Origin: a virus
Lineage: Duplodnaviria; Caudoviricetes
Strand: one strand, 5' to 3'
IMG/VR virus record: IMGVR_UViG_3300044472_000032
Span: 1 to 63,511 of that record
DNA: 63,511 bases
Below are positions 47,145 through 57,438 of this stretch, piece after piece; position 1 is the first letter of the stretch, and the number at the start of each line of letters is the position of its first letter. The position numbers were made by a program, and so were the translations under genes. The notes below the pieces were generated by a model that searched no databases, was not told where the DNA came from, and worked only from the letters and a program-made list of their open reading frames with translations.

Positions 47145-50100
47145 ATGGCAGCGCAGCAGTCTACGCATCTAATCGGCATCGGCTACAAGGTAGAGGCGGG
47201 TGGGGTTGACGAATGGGCGAAGCAATCCGCCCGCGTTCGCAACGAAGCCCGCTCTACTGCTACCGATATCGACAAAGCGGATAAAGCAATCGGCATCATT
47301 CAGGCCACGATAGCCAATATCGCCCGGGCCTCGGCGGTAGCCATGGCGCCAGTTATTGCGTTCGTGGCCGCCGTCTCGGCCATACCGGCAGCGCTGGCTA
47401 TTGTGAGCGTCGCGGCAATGGCCGCTACCTCGCCATGGCTCGAATTTGAGCGTGGCCTTGTAGGTGTAGGCAAAACTGCCGGTATTCAAGGGTCAAATCT
47501 CGAAGCCCTCGGCCGCGGTATCGAAAACCTGTCTACCGCCGGAGACATTCCGTCAAAAACGGATGAGCTACTCGAGATTGCGGAAGCCGCTGGATCCCTG
47601 GGCGTAACCGGCTCAGAAAACATTCTTCGCTTTACCGCCACCCTTGCCAAGCTCGGCGCAGCTTCCAACCTGCAAGGCCAAGCAGGCGCCGCGGCTCTCG
47701 CCGAAATCCTCACTATCACCAGCGAGGGGCCCGCCAAAGTCGAGCAGCTTGCCTCCGTCATTGTGGCGCTGGGTAATGCCTACGCTGCCACCGAAGCGCA
47801 GATCGCCGGGCACGCGGGAGATATCGCCCGCTCCACTGCTATTTATGGCGTGTCCTCTACGGAGGCCGCCGCGCTCGCTGCCGTGCTCGCCAGCATGGGC
47901 GTACAAGCTCAGCTCGCCGGCTCAGCTACGGGCCGAGCTCTACGTGTGATCGAAACCGCCATCATTACCGGCGGCGAGAACATGCGGCAGCTCTCGCGCA
48001 TAACTGGCGCATCCGCCACAGAAATTGAAAAAGCGTGGGAAAGCGGACCTATCAACGCGCTCACCCTTATGCTCGAAGGTCTCAACAAAATTAAAGCGGC
48101 TGGAGGCTCGGTTTCAGAGTCCCTGTCCTCAGTTGGCTTAGACGGGGAAGAGATCGCCAAAGTTCTCCCCGTGCTCGCGAAAAACCTGGACGTGCTCGCA
48201 GCCGCGCGCGCCACGGCGGCAAAGGAAGCTGAACATGCAACGGCGCTCGACAATGAAGCCGCGCGCGCGTCGCAAACGCTATCCGTCCAGGTGGCAGTAT
48301 TGGGAAATCGCTTCGAGCAAATGGCGCGCACCATAGGGCAGCAGCTCGCCCCTGTAGTGATGGACGCGGTAAAGCAAGCGCAGGAATGGCTATCGGCAAA
48401 TCAGGGGCTTGCAAAACAAATCGGAGGCGACCTCGCCACGGCGCTAGGGGTAGCTGTAAAAGTAGTTGCGTTCCTCGCGGAAAATATCTCACTGTTAGAT
48501 AACGCCCTAGTCGCAATTACCGCAGGTTCATTTGTCGCGTGGCTGCTAATGATCGCGCCAAGTATCGGCACGGTCACTGCAACCATTGGTACATGGGCCA
48601 GCGCACAATTAGCCGCGGCCGCTGCCACCACCACTACCGCGGGGGCCACCATTGCCCACGCTGCCGCCGTTGCAGCCAGTGTGCCCGCCGTCGCCACCCT
48701 CACCGCCTCTACAGCGGCCCTGGCTGGCGCTACCGCGGCCGAAGGGCTGGTAATGGCTACTGCGGCAGAGGGACAGGCCGCCTATGCCGCTACAGGGGCC
48801 CTGGCGGCCTCTTCCGAGCTGCTGCTAGCCGGCAGTGTCGCTGCTACCGCCGCGCCCCTGGCAGGGCAGCAGCTCTTACTACAGGCCGCCACCGTTGCCA
48901 CCGTAGAGCTCACCCTCGCGCAGCGCGCCATGGTACTCACGACAGCAGCTCTGCGCGCCGCGTGGGCTGGCATGCTGGCGACGCTCGAAGCGCACCCCAT
49001 CATCCTCATCGCTACCGCCCTCGCGCTTCTGGCAGGCGGCCTGTATGCCCTCTATGAAAAATACCAAGAAACCGAAGCCGCTGCTGCCGCTTATCATGAC
49101 GAGTTGGAGTCGGGCCGAATACTGGTAAATGGTCAGCGCGCAGCACACGAGGAATTAATCGATACTCTTTCTGATGAAATAGCAAAAAGGGCGGAGTACA
49201 GCCGCTCACTAGAAACCCAGCAACGCCGGCTAGAAGAGCTGCTGATCGCGCAGCAGCGTCTACGTGCCGCCGGAAGTGACCCCGCTGCATATGGAGCTGC
49301 ACGAAATCAAGCAAACGAATTAATAGGCGGAAGTGGAAGTGGGATGGTCTCAACACTCGAGAAGGTTAACGCGGAGGTAGATAAACTCCGCGCAGAAATC
49401 GATCAGGCGAATATCGGATGGGCTCAAAGCGGAGATGAAATCCTAGCTATCCAGGCGCGTTTAGAAGAACTTACGGGAGAACGCGCAATTAAATTAGCCG
49501 CTGATATGCAGGCACAGCGCGCGCGAATAGCTGAAATGCTGTCCGATCTTGCGCAAATCAAGCAATCACAGCTTGAAATCAGCGACGTTGCAATGTTTGC
49601 TGGCACTGACGCTGGCGTTGCCACTCTCAACGCTCTTTCTAATAAGCTAGAAATCGTTTATAGCAACTTGGACGCTGCGCGCCGCGGCTTCGCCGGCATG
49701 GGACAGGACCTTGACGCACTGCGCCCGAAGATCGAAGCGCTTATCGACGCCAGCACCCAGGGCGGTGGTAATCTCGATCAAGGCAAAAAGCTTTTAGGAA
49801 CGCTTTACACCGGGCAAGAGCTGGCCGATCAGATCGCCATGCTCGAAGCGGTTTATGAAAGCAATCAGCGCAACCGCGAGGCCATGGCGGCAGAGGAGTC
49901 CGCTCGCAAGCGTATTCAGCAAGCAACGGCAGATCAGGCTAAGCGTTATCAAGAATTGCGTGTCGAGTTAATTGCCGCTGGCACCGCGAATCAGTTTGTT
50001 ATTGCCCAGCAATTAATATCGGTAGAAGCTGGCGATGCCGCCGTACGCAGTACCGAGCGAGAAGCTCGCGCACGTTCGCAAACTAAAGGGCTCATGGCTG

Positions 50101-53100
50101 GTCAGGCCGCGGACATTAAGCACTTGATCGAGCTGCGCGATCAAGAGGAGCAGCAGATCGCAGCATCTCGCGTGGTTGCAATATCCGAGCGCCAGAAAGC
50201 GGCCAATGATGCGATCACCCTCGCGTATGGGCGCAACTTCGCTGCCGGCAGGCAGGCAGAGGCTCAAATGCAGCGAGAGGCAGATGTCCGCCGCGCGCTC
50301 GAAGGTGTCGTAAAGGAACAGCGCGCGGCAGTAGAGGCGGCCACCCGTGCCGAGCTCGATAGCGCGTCGGCTTCCGCGGCCGCTGCCGAAGTAGCGCAAC
50401 TGCAAAAGGAGGCATTCGAGCTGCAAGCCGTAAATCTCGCACGCGCCAATGGCGAGGGTGCGGCGCGGCGCCTGGCGGACGCGATCGCCGTGCAAAACAT
50501 AGCCACCGAAGCTTCCGCCGGGTTTTTCGGCCTGGAGGCCGATGCGATCGAAAGGGCGGCACTCGCGCGCGAGAGGGCTGAAACAGCTGGCCGTGGTGCG
50601 GACGAGATCGCATCGCTCAGGGAAGAAGCGCGTTACCTTGAGGACATTTCGCGCTTGCGGCGTGGCGACTTCGATACGCTGCGGGACTACGAAAAAGCGG
50701 TAGCCGATATCAACCTGCAGCGCGAAATCAGCGTAAAGCTTGTTGAGCTAGAGGCGGATAAGAATCGCGAACTGTACGCCGTAATGGCCGATGGCTTTCA
50801 ATTTGAGGATATCTTTCTCAGCGAGGAAATTGTTTCGCGTTATCGCGATCGCGCTGCCGAAATAATCAAACTGCTCACCGACATTGCGGATAAAAATAAA
50901 CAGATCGACGACGACTCTGACCAGGGCAGCACCAGGCTTGACAAGTGGGTCGAAACTGCCGGCGTACTAAAAGACGTGCTCGGCGACGTAGACGAACAAT
51001 TCAGCAAAATACTTGACAGCGTTTTGCAGCTAGTCGAGGGCATGGGCCAGGCCAGTACGGCTGCAAACAATTACGCGGGGAACGTAACCGCTGCTGTCGC
51101 TTCGGCCAACCTGGTTGGTGCCATCGGCGAGCAAGTGACCGGGCCGAAAAACTATGGAGCGGAAGGCGCGATGATTGGCGCGCTGGTGGGTGCCGTGCTG
51201 GCCGCCGTGTTTACGTGGGGTATCGGTACGGCTGGAGGTGCTGCGCTTGGTGGCGCTATCGGCGGCGCTATTGGTTCATTTATCAGCAAGGGTAGCGATG
51301 AATTCCTCGGCCAAATTCGGTTAGCCGGCGATCATGCTACCGGGCAAATGAAATTAGCTGAAGGCGCAATGGGCCAAACTGGTCGCCAGTACATGGACGC
51401 CATTTCCCGCGGTATTAACGCGGCGGTCGACGCGCTTGGGGGCGATCTGGTAAGCCTGCCGGGAATAAGTATCAAAGTGCGCGAGGGAGTTTACTCAGTT
51501 TTCTCCGGTGGAATTACTGCAAGATTTGATTCGATGAATGAGGCTATGGATTTCGCCATCCTGCAGGCGCTGAAAAATGGTGAAATAGACGGCATAGCGG
51601 ACGAGGTGCGGCTGGCGATTCAAAACTCTACGGCTGAGTCGTTCCAAAACATGAGCGCGGATCTCGACCTCGCAAAATGGATATCTCGCTTACCCGATAT
51701 TGGGCTCGAAGCCGGCAAGGGCGCGGAAGCGGTAATGGATGCCATTGAGGGCTACCACTCTGCTTTCCGCCGCGCTACCCAGCTCGGCATCGAGACTGAG
51801 AAGATTACGCAATGGTTTGCTCGGTCACTGCAAAACACCCGCAATTCTATCCTTGGCATTACCGAAACTGATCGCGAGCGCATCACTCGCGAGGCAGAAG
51901 CCTTTAACCGCGAGATCGTGATTATCAAGGCCGAGCAGGAAGTCAAACAAGCTGAGCTGCTGATCAAAAAGGCGCAGCTTGAAGCGCAGATTGCAATCCT
52001 TGGGTCTGAGATCGACTTGGCTCAGGCAGAGGCGCGGCTCGATTGGCAGATCGTCCAGGGCTACGGTGATTATGTGAGCGATCGTGCTCAGGTTGCAGGG
52101 CTTGAGATCGACATTTATAACGCGCTGCGTGAGCAGTTGGCCGCAACGATAACCGGCATTGCGGCGACCGCTGGCATTCTGGCGGGGTTGCCGGCGATTA
52201 TCACCCCGGGCGAGATCGAGGATGCTATCGGCCGGGCGGGCGGTGGCTACAGCGCGCCTGACACGTCTGCGGCAGATGCCGCGCGCGAACGCGAGCAGCT
52301 TATCCAGACGCTAAAAGATCTCGCCAGCGTCAACGTGCCAGATTTCGATAAAGCTTTACAAGACCTCGCGGACAAATTCGCAGAGGCGCAAGCGAATGCC
52401 GAGCGACTGGGCATAACGCAAGCCGAGATCGATAAAGCAAGGCTTGAGCAGGCGACCGCACTTGCTCGCAAGATCCGCGACTCTGTAAAGGATTTTTTAT
52501 CGCCTGAAAGCGGCGGCCAGTTTGGCATGAGCGACTGGCAAAAGCAGGCAGCGGACTTGCGCGATAGATTGGCCGAGGCGTTTCGCCAGTCGCAGTTACT
52601 AGCGGCCCAGGAAGGCTTCAGGGCGCTCACTCTTGAAGAGCTGGCCGCTGCTACTGCGCGGGCAAATAGGGCCCTTGCAGAGCAGGCCAGGGACTCTCTG
52701 GCGGATCCTATCCAGGCAACACGCAATGACCTCGCGAAGCTGGGCAGTACGCTGGAATTTCTGCGCGATCAGATCGCTAAAGGGATATTCACAGCGGCAG
52801 AAGGGGCGGATATCTTTGCGGGTGCTATGCGCCAGGCGGAGTCCACCGTGCTCGACCTTGCGGCGGCGCTGCTCGAACAAATGGGCTTCGAGGAAGAGGC
52901 GTCAGGAATCCGCGCCGCGCTGGCCGAGGCTGAATTCGTCGCCAAAGTGGCGCAATTGAATATCCTTGTGCAAGGGTATATCGCGCTAAACCTACTCAGC
53001 CAAGAAACTGTTGATCGGCTTAATGGATTGCTTGGAATTATCAATGATCCAACCAACTGGCCAGATTTTTACGCGCCGCCTCCGCCACCTGCCAATAATA

Positions 53101-54173
53101 ACCAGCCCGACAACGGCCAGAACGAGGCAGAGCGCCAGGCAGAAGAGGACGCGCGTCGCAGGCAAGCCATTCTCGATCAAATTGCGGAATGGGAGCGCAT
53201 TGGCGAGAGCCAAGCGATATCCACGCTACGCGACCTGAATGAAACCTTTGCTGAAATGCAGGCCGATGCGCGGCGCCTGGGTATCGACATGGACAGGCTA
53301 TCTGCTGCCTACGCGCACGCGGTAGAGGCGTTTTGGGATGACACACTCGCGCCGTGGGAAGACCATTCGCAAGAAACTATTGGCGCCGGGCTGGCTGAGA
53401 TTCAGGAACAGTTTGCAGGGTTTTATGCAGCTGCACAGCAGTACGGCGGAGACATCGAGCGCATTCGCAGGGCAAACCAGCAGGCAATAAACAATTTCTG
53501 GGAGGACGTGCTCGGCCCATTGCGTGATTGGAGAGACGAGCTCACCCAGGGATCGCTCGGCAGCTCTAGCCCAGAAGAGCGGCTATTCTCCGCGCAGCGC
53601 GCCTTTGCGGATATTGCCCAGCGGGCACTGGGTGGCGACATCTCTGCCATGCAGGGATTGCCGGATGCGATCTCGGCCTATCTTGAGCAGGCACGGGCGA
53701 TGTATGGCTCGGGAGCGGACTACCAGGCGATCTATGCCGCCGTGCAGCAGGTGATAGGCCAGGTGCTGGCCATGGGCCCCTCTGGTACCGTGCCGCCTCC
53801 AGGGCCTACCATGCCGCCTCCCTACGATCCGGTAGGCAACCTGCTGTCCTACAAGCCTCGCCCGGCGGACGCTGTGCCCGCGCAGGGTATCCCGCCGCTG
53901 CCGGCGGCAGAGCAGGCGGCCATCAGGGAGAGTGCCGAGCGGCGCGAGCTCCAGGAGGATATGCGCGCCATGGTAGCGAGGCTTGATCGCCTGATCACCC
54001 TCATGGAGCGTAATCAGGCGGCGCAGGCTGATGCGGTGGCGGACACGAGGCGGCAGGCAGAGCATAATGCCGTGGTGGTGCGCGAAGTGCGCGGGGTTGT
54101 GGATTATTTGCAGAGCGAGGCTCTCCGCAAGGGCGGGATTGGGCCGGGGAGCGGGTTTAGGAAGGCGGGCTAA
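47145..54173 (+). CDS. Tape measure protein
   Basis: 2342 aa, Ala-rich helical, TP901-type core near the N-terminus, hydrophobic segments. Confidence 0.93.
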   Translation: MAAQQSTHLIGIGYKVEAGGVDEWAKQSARVRNEARSTATDIDKADKAIGIIQATIANIARASAVAMAPVIAFVAAVSAIPAALAIVSVAAMAATSPWLEFERGLVGVGKTAGIQGSNLEALGRGIENLSTAGDIPSKTDELLEIAEAAGSLGVTGSENILRFTATLAKLGAASNLQGQAGAAALAEILTITSEGPAKVEQLASVIVALGNAYAATEAQIAGHAGDIARSTAIYGVSSTEAAALAAVLASMGVQAQLAGSATGRALRVIETAIITGGENMRQLSRITGASATEIEKAWESGPINALTLMLEGLNKIKAAGGSVSESLSSVGLDGEEIAKVLPVLAKNLDVLAAARATAAKEAEHATALDNEAARASQTLSVQVAVLGNRFEQMARTIGQQLAPVVMDAVKQAQEWLSANQGLAKQIGGDLATALGVAVKVVAFLAENISLLDNALVAITAGSFVAWLLMIAPSIGTVTATIGTWASAQLAAAAATTTTAGATIAHAAAVAASVPAVATLTASTAALAGATAAEGLVMATAAEGQAAYAATGALAASSELLLAGSVAATAAPLAGQQLLLQAATVATVELTLAQRAMVLTTAALRAAWAGMLATLEAHPIILIATALALLAGGLYALYEKYQETEAAAAAYHDELESGRILVNGQRAAHEELIDTLSDEIAKRAEYSRSLETQQRRLEELLIAQQRLRAAGSDPAAYGAARNQANELIGGSGSGMVSTLEKVNAEVDKLRAEIDQANIGWAQSGDEILAIQARLEELTGERAIKLAADMQAQRARIAEMLSDLAQIKQSQLEISDVAMFAGTDAGVATLNALSNKLEIVYSNLDAARRGFAGMGQDLDALRPKIEALIDASTQGGGNLDQGKKLLGTLYTGQELADQIAMLEAVYESNQRNREAMAAEESARKRIQQATADQAKRYQELRVELIAAGTANQFVIAQQLISVEAGDAAVRSTEREARARSQTKGLMAGQAADIKHLIELRDQEEQQIAASRVVAISERQKAANDAITLAYGRNFAAGRQAEAQMQREADVRRALEGVVKEQRAAVEAATRAELDSASASAAAAEVAQLQKEAFELQAVNLARANGEGAARRLADAIAVQNIATEASAGFFGLEADAIERAALARERAETAGRGADEIASLREEARYLEDISRLRRGDFDTLRDYEKAVADINLQREISVKLVELEADKNRELYAVMADGFQFEDIFLSEEIVSRYRDRAAEIIKLLTDIADKNKQIDDDSDQGSTRLDKWVETAGVLKDVLGDVDEQFSKILDSVLQLVEGMGQASTAANNYAGNVTAAVASANLVGAIGEQVTGPKNYGAEGAMIGALVGAVLAAVFTWGIGTAGGAALGGAIGGAIGSFISKGSDEFLGQIRLAGDHATGQMKLAEGAMGQTGRQYMDAISRGINAAVDALGGDLVSLPGISIKVREGVYSVFSGGITARFDSMNEAMDFAILQALKNGEIDGIADEVRLAIQNSTAESFQNMSADLDLAKWISRLPDIGLEAGKGAEAVMDAIEGYHSAFRRATQLGIETEKITQWFARSLQNTRNSILGITETDRERITREAEAFNREIVIIKAEQEVKQAELLIKKAQLEAQIAILGSEIDLAQAEARLDWQIVQGYGDYVSDRAQVAGLEIDIYNALREQLAATITGIAATAGILAGLPAIITPGEIEDAIGRAGGGYSAPDTSAADAAREREQLIQTLKDLASVNVPDFDKALQDLADKFAEAQANAERLGITQAEIDKARLEQATALARKIRDSVKDFLSPESGGQFGMSDWQKQAADLRDRLAEAFRQSQLLAAQEGFRALTLEELAAATARANRALAEQARDSLADPIQATRNDLAKLGSTLEFLRDQIAKGIFTAAEGADIFAGAMRQAESTVLDLAAALLEQMGFEEEASGIRAALAEAEFVAKVAQLNILVQGYIALNLLSQETVDRLNGLLGIINDPTNWPDFYAPPPPPANNNQPDNGQNEAERQAEEDARRRQAILDQIAEWERIGESQAISTLRDLNETFAEMQADARRLGIDMDRLSAAYAHAVEAFWDDTLAPWEDHSQETIGAGLAEIQEQFAGFYAAAQQYGGDIERIRRANQQAINNFWEDVLGPLRDWRDELTQGSLGSSSPEERLFSAQRAFADIAQRALGGDISAMQGLPDAISAYLEQARAMYGSGADYQAIYAAVQQVIGQVLAMGPSGTVPPPGPTMPPPYDPVGNLLSYKPRPADAVPAQGIPPLPAAEQAAIRESAERRELQEDMRAMVARLDRLITLMERNQAAQADAVADTRRQAEHNAVVVREVRGVVDYLQSEALRKGGIGPGSGFRKAG

Positions 54174-54180
54174 AGGTGCC

Positions 54181-54648
54181 TTATTTAAGTTCTGATTCTC
54201 CACCCAGGAATTTCTCACAATTGATTTCCTTCACTGCGGCCTCTATTTCATCTGACGTTGCGCCGAAAAGCGCTGCGCCAAGGTAGCGCAGCTTGTCCGC
54301 TGCCGACGTTTCGAGCGCGATGATCGCGTCGAAGACCTGGCGCACCGTCTCGTACTCGGGCGCAAGGAGAACGATCGACGATCGGCCGAACTTCGTCACG
54401 GCGTCGTCATACTCGCGCGCCAAGACACTTCTGGCCGAGCACCGAAAAAGCGCCGGTATCGGAGGCCCTGGCCAGCCAGCCAGGCAGGCGTGGAGTCCCT
54501 GGCCAATTCGCAAGGACGGGGTTGATTCCTCGGGCGGTTCGGTGCGAGCAACGTAGCGCCGCCAGGCTTTGGCTGGATCGTTGATGCCAACTCGCACCAT
54601 CGAGCTGGACCAATGACCATCCCGCTTGTGGTAAGTGTCAAAGCTCAT
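54181..54648 (-). CDS. Protein resembling the N-terminal part of RecE/DUF3799 exonucleases, possibly truncated
   Basis: YH...SSS...P...TPSLRIG..LH present; no D...DxK core follows. Confidence 0.45.
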   Translation of the reverse strand: MSFDTYHKRDGHWSSSMVRVGINDPAKAWRRYVARTEPPEESTPSLRIGQGLHACLAGWPGPPIPALFRCSARSVLAREYDDAVTKFGRSSIVLLAPEYETVRQVFDAIIALETSAADKLRYLGAALFGATSDEIEAAVKEINCEKFLGGESELK

Positions 54649-54651
54649 TGA

Positions 54652-55083
54652 TTACTCAGCACTTTCGTAGCGAACTTGCCGCATTCTTGACTGCCGATAA
54701 TACCCGCCAGTTCCCCATCCATCGGTATCGTATACCTCGCGCAAAATTGGCAATTGCTGCCAACCTTTACCATTGCTATTCAAGAACTCGCGCCCCCTAG
54801 GTTCGATGCGAACAGATTGCCTAGTAACCGCACTGCCTCGTTTGTATTTTTTCGACCGCACTGTTGGTCCAAATGAAACCATCCCAGCTTTTTTAAGGCG
54901 ATCAAGCTCGGCCGAATCAAACGTAATTGAACCCTCACTTGCTTGTGCTCCGTGAATGAAAGCACCCGGGAATTTGTAGGAAAACGCTCGTCGTTCTACT
55001 GCGCCTGTTTCAATCTGCCGAAGCAGTTCAAGCGCTCTCAGAATGTCCAAAGGCAATGCCCGGCCTTCGGCAAAACGTCCCAT
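54652..55083 (-). CDS. Hypothetical protein (winged-helix-like)
   Basis: LDRLKKAGMV...IEPRGREFL. Confidence 0.55.
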   Translation of the reverse strand: MGRFAEGRALPLDILRALELLRQIETGAVERRAFSYKFPGAFIHGAQASEGSITFDSAELDRLKKAGMVSFGPTVRSKKYKRGSAVTRQSVRIEPRGREFLNSNGKGWQQLPILREVYDTDGWGTGGYYRQSRMRQVRYESAE

Positions 55084-55084
55084 T

Positions 55085-55282
55085 TTATGCCTTCTTCTTC
55101 AACTCATGCTCGAGCCGAAGGTCCTTCGCAAGCTTTTTGGCTTCCACTCCTGAGGCGGCTTCGACTTCAAATTCCACGCATCCTGGCCACGAGTTGCTGT
55201 ACCAGCAGGTGTAAGCCGAGACGCGACTTTTTAGCAACGGTTCGATCGGGTCGTAAAACGTTCCGACTGTGAATTTTTTCAT
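55085..55282 (-). CDS. Hypothetical protein
   Basis: SD AGGAG. Confidence 0.6.
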   Translation of the reverse strand: MKKFTVGTFYDPIEPLLKSRVSAYTCWYSNSWPGCVEFEVEAASGVEAKKLAKDLRLEHELKKKA

Positions 55283-55593
55283 TGGACTCCTTTTGAGGCT
55301 GCCATCCAAGCCTTTGCCTCATCGGTCAGTTGATAGACGCGCTCGCGTCTTGGAGCCAGCTCCAGCCAGCCAGCGCGGCAAAGGTAGGTCATTGTTGCTG
55401 TTCCAAACCAAATGTCTTCAGCGCGCGAGAAGCTCTTGAAGATGAGGGTCAGCGCCCGTTCTCCAGAAACCCAGATGCCGCTTTCGGCGCGCCGAAAGTC
55501 CCGCGGTTCTGACGAACACCGAAGATGATCAATCGCGTACCTTTGCTTTGGTTTGAGGTCTTCGTAAGGGGTGCTCGCGCCAGTGATCGTCAT
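55279..55593 (-). CDS. Hypothetical protein (winged-helix-like)
   Basis: YLCRAGWLE...YQLTDEAK. Confidence 0.6.
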   Translation of the reverse strand: MTITGASTPYEDLKPKQRYAIDHLRCSSEPRDFRRAESGIWVSGERALTLIFKSFSRAEDIWFGTATMTYLCRAGWLELAPRRERVYQLTDEAKAWMAASKGVQ

Positions 55594-55967
55594 TCCGCCG
55601 AGTCGCGTCTCTTGGATCTTGCCATCCAGGCCCTTGCTTCATTGGTCAGCCGCTCGTTATTCCGCCGGAACGAGTCTTTTGGATCTTGAAGCCAACCTGC
55701 AATCCGCTTCACCCCGAGCTCTCTTGGCTGCGGTGGCGGCTCGGGCCGCGGTGGCGGATCGGGCCGCGGCATCCATCCAGCAACTCGATAAGCTTCGCCT
55801 TCTTCCGTGCGATAACTCTTTCCCCATCGTGGGCCAATGTCTCTAGTTCCAAAAGCCTCATAGACACGATAATCCCTATAAGGGTTATCCCAGTCTCCTT
55901 CAAAAACAGCAATGAGGAATGTTCCACTTTCTGGGGCGGTTTCAGCAGGAAGCCAATTGCTAGTCAT
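55590..55967 (-). CDS. DUF551-like hypothetical protein
   Basis: WLPAETAP..G N-terminus and WMP.P.PP; SD GAGG before ATG55967. Confidence 0.55.
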   Translation of the reverse strand: MTSNWLPAETAPESGTFLIAVFEGDWDNPYRDYRVYEAFGTRDIGPRWGKSYRTEEGEAYRVAGWMPRPDPPPRPEPPPQPRELGVKRIAGWLQDPKDSFRRNNERLTNEARAWMARSKRRDSAE

Positions 55968-56234
55968 TTTTTCCGTCCTCGGGCGTGCTTCCCTTGCCAC
56001 GCCGTGATTATAACCCGCTACGGCGCACGGAAGTGATGCCACGCATTCTAAGCCATGACTTTTCTCGCGGGTCGTTTGGCTCAATGGGAAACTCGACGAC
56101 GGCGCAGTCATCCCAGCAAAATCGGTGGCCGTCGTGATAGACGTTTTCGATAGCCACGTGGCCATCGCTCCATCAACCTATTTGCTTTGAAGGGCGTACT
56201 CTCTGCCAAGAAGGTTTTTTTGAGCAACCTTGGC

Positions 56235-56495
56235 ATGCCCCTTTTAGATTTGCAAGACGGCGATTTGATCGTGGCCGGAGGCGTCAACCAACTAGCGCAT
56301 ATGCTGGTGGCCGAAGCCACCAGCGAGCAACGAACGCAACAACCTAGTCAGCCGGAGAAGAATCCGGCCGCTGTGGCGCTGGGAAGGCTAGGGGGCTTGA
56401 AGGGCGGGAAGGCTCGAGCGGATAAGCTCGGTACTGAGCGGCGAAAGGAAATTGCCCAGCAAGCCGCTAAGGCCCGCTGGGGAAACAAAGGCTAG
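56235..56495 (+). CDS. Small basic protein of the KNPAAVALGRLGGLKGGKARA family
   Basis: VNQLA..LV..AT and KNPAAVALGRLGGLKGGKARA.KL..ERRKEIA..AAKARW. Confidence 0.7.
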   Translation: MPLLDLQDGDLIVAGGVNQLAHMLVAEATSEQRTQQPSQPEKNPAAVALGRLGGLKGGKARADKLGTERRKEIAQQAAKARWGNKG

Positions 56496-56719
56496 AGCAC
56501 GCCTGGGGGTAGTTCGAAACGCCGAATGATGGCGGAGATGACGCCCTTACGGAGTTCGGTTCCTTCCCCGTGGCATTTTACGGTAATTCTCCGCGGCGAG
56601 CCTGAAACATCAGGATGCGCTATGGAGCGCTCGCTGCCCTTTGCCGTGCTGAAAGTAAAGAGCTTGTCGTGGCGCTTGAGTGCCGAAACGACATCTCTGT
56701 AGCTCTTTGGACTAGGCAC
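56492..56719 (-). CDS. hicA: HicA-like toxin (variant GSE motif)
   Basis: YRDVVSALK...KGSE...ITV..H...EL.KGVI.AI; overlaps the hicB stop. Confidence 0.65.
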   Translation of the reverse strand: MPSPKSYRDVVSALKRHDKLFTFSTAKGSERSIAHPDVSGSPRRITVKCHGEGTELRKGVISAIIRRFELPPGVL

Positions 56720-57101
56720 CGGCGTGCGCGAAGCCTGGAGTGCTAAAGGCGCTGCCATTCAAGAAGGGCAGCAAAATATCTCGCAGGTTGAATTCGCGCG
56801 ATGGCGCAGGGGCGGGAGCGCCACTCGCGGCCTCCTTCAAGAAGGACTTGAAGGCTTGATTCCACTTATCGAAGTACTCGGCTTCGGCGGGGAAGAAGAT
56901 GGATTCCGGCTCGCTGGCTTCAAAGGCCGTCTGGATTTGAACCTTCATCACGTCCTGAAGCTCTGCAAGCGCCGCTTCGAAACTGTCGCCATAACCACGC
57001 AGATCCATCTCAAGGGCGAGGGCCACCCATTCGCCTTCCTCTCGGTAGCCCAAAACCCGAACGTGAAGCTCGTGGCTAGTTGAGTCGGTTCTGCTCATCA
57101 T
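56712..57101 (-). CDS. hicB: HicB-like antitoxin
   Basis: EEGEWVALALEMDLRGYGDSFEAALAELQD partial RNase H fold; SD AGGAG. Confidence 0.7.
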   Translation of the reverse strand: MMSRTDSTSHELHVRVLGYREEGEWVALALEMDLRGYGDSFEAALAELQDVMKVQIQTAFEASEPESIFFPAEAEYFDKWNQAFKSFLKEAASGAPAPAPSREFNLRDILLPFLNGSAFSTPGFAHAGA

Positions 57102-57202
57102 TTTGTCTTCTGCTCCTGGGGCCCTGCCCCTGGATTGGCACTCGGCTAAAACTTGTGCAAACTGCGTGCCAAATGTTTGCAAATAAGCCCCCGTCGGTGT
57201 GT

Positions 57203-57231
57203 ATACTAGCGCCTTGACCATGCACAGTCAA
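57203..57231 (-). promoter_or_regulatory. hicBA promoter
   Basis: TTGACT-17 nt-TAGTAT. Confidence 0.55.
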
Positions 57232-57438
57232 TTGTTTTATTCGCACAAGTGTGCAAGTGTGCCACATATGCAAACTGACTTTTTGCTTGACTTATGACGC
57301 CCTATGCGATCACCGAAAAGGGAGTTATCGAATTGTCTTGGAGACAAATAGAAGGAGCGGACTAATTCCAGATCCTTACGATGTTGATGATAAATCGAAA
57401 TATGACAACACGGCCGCGATCAAGTAACATTTCGAGCC

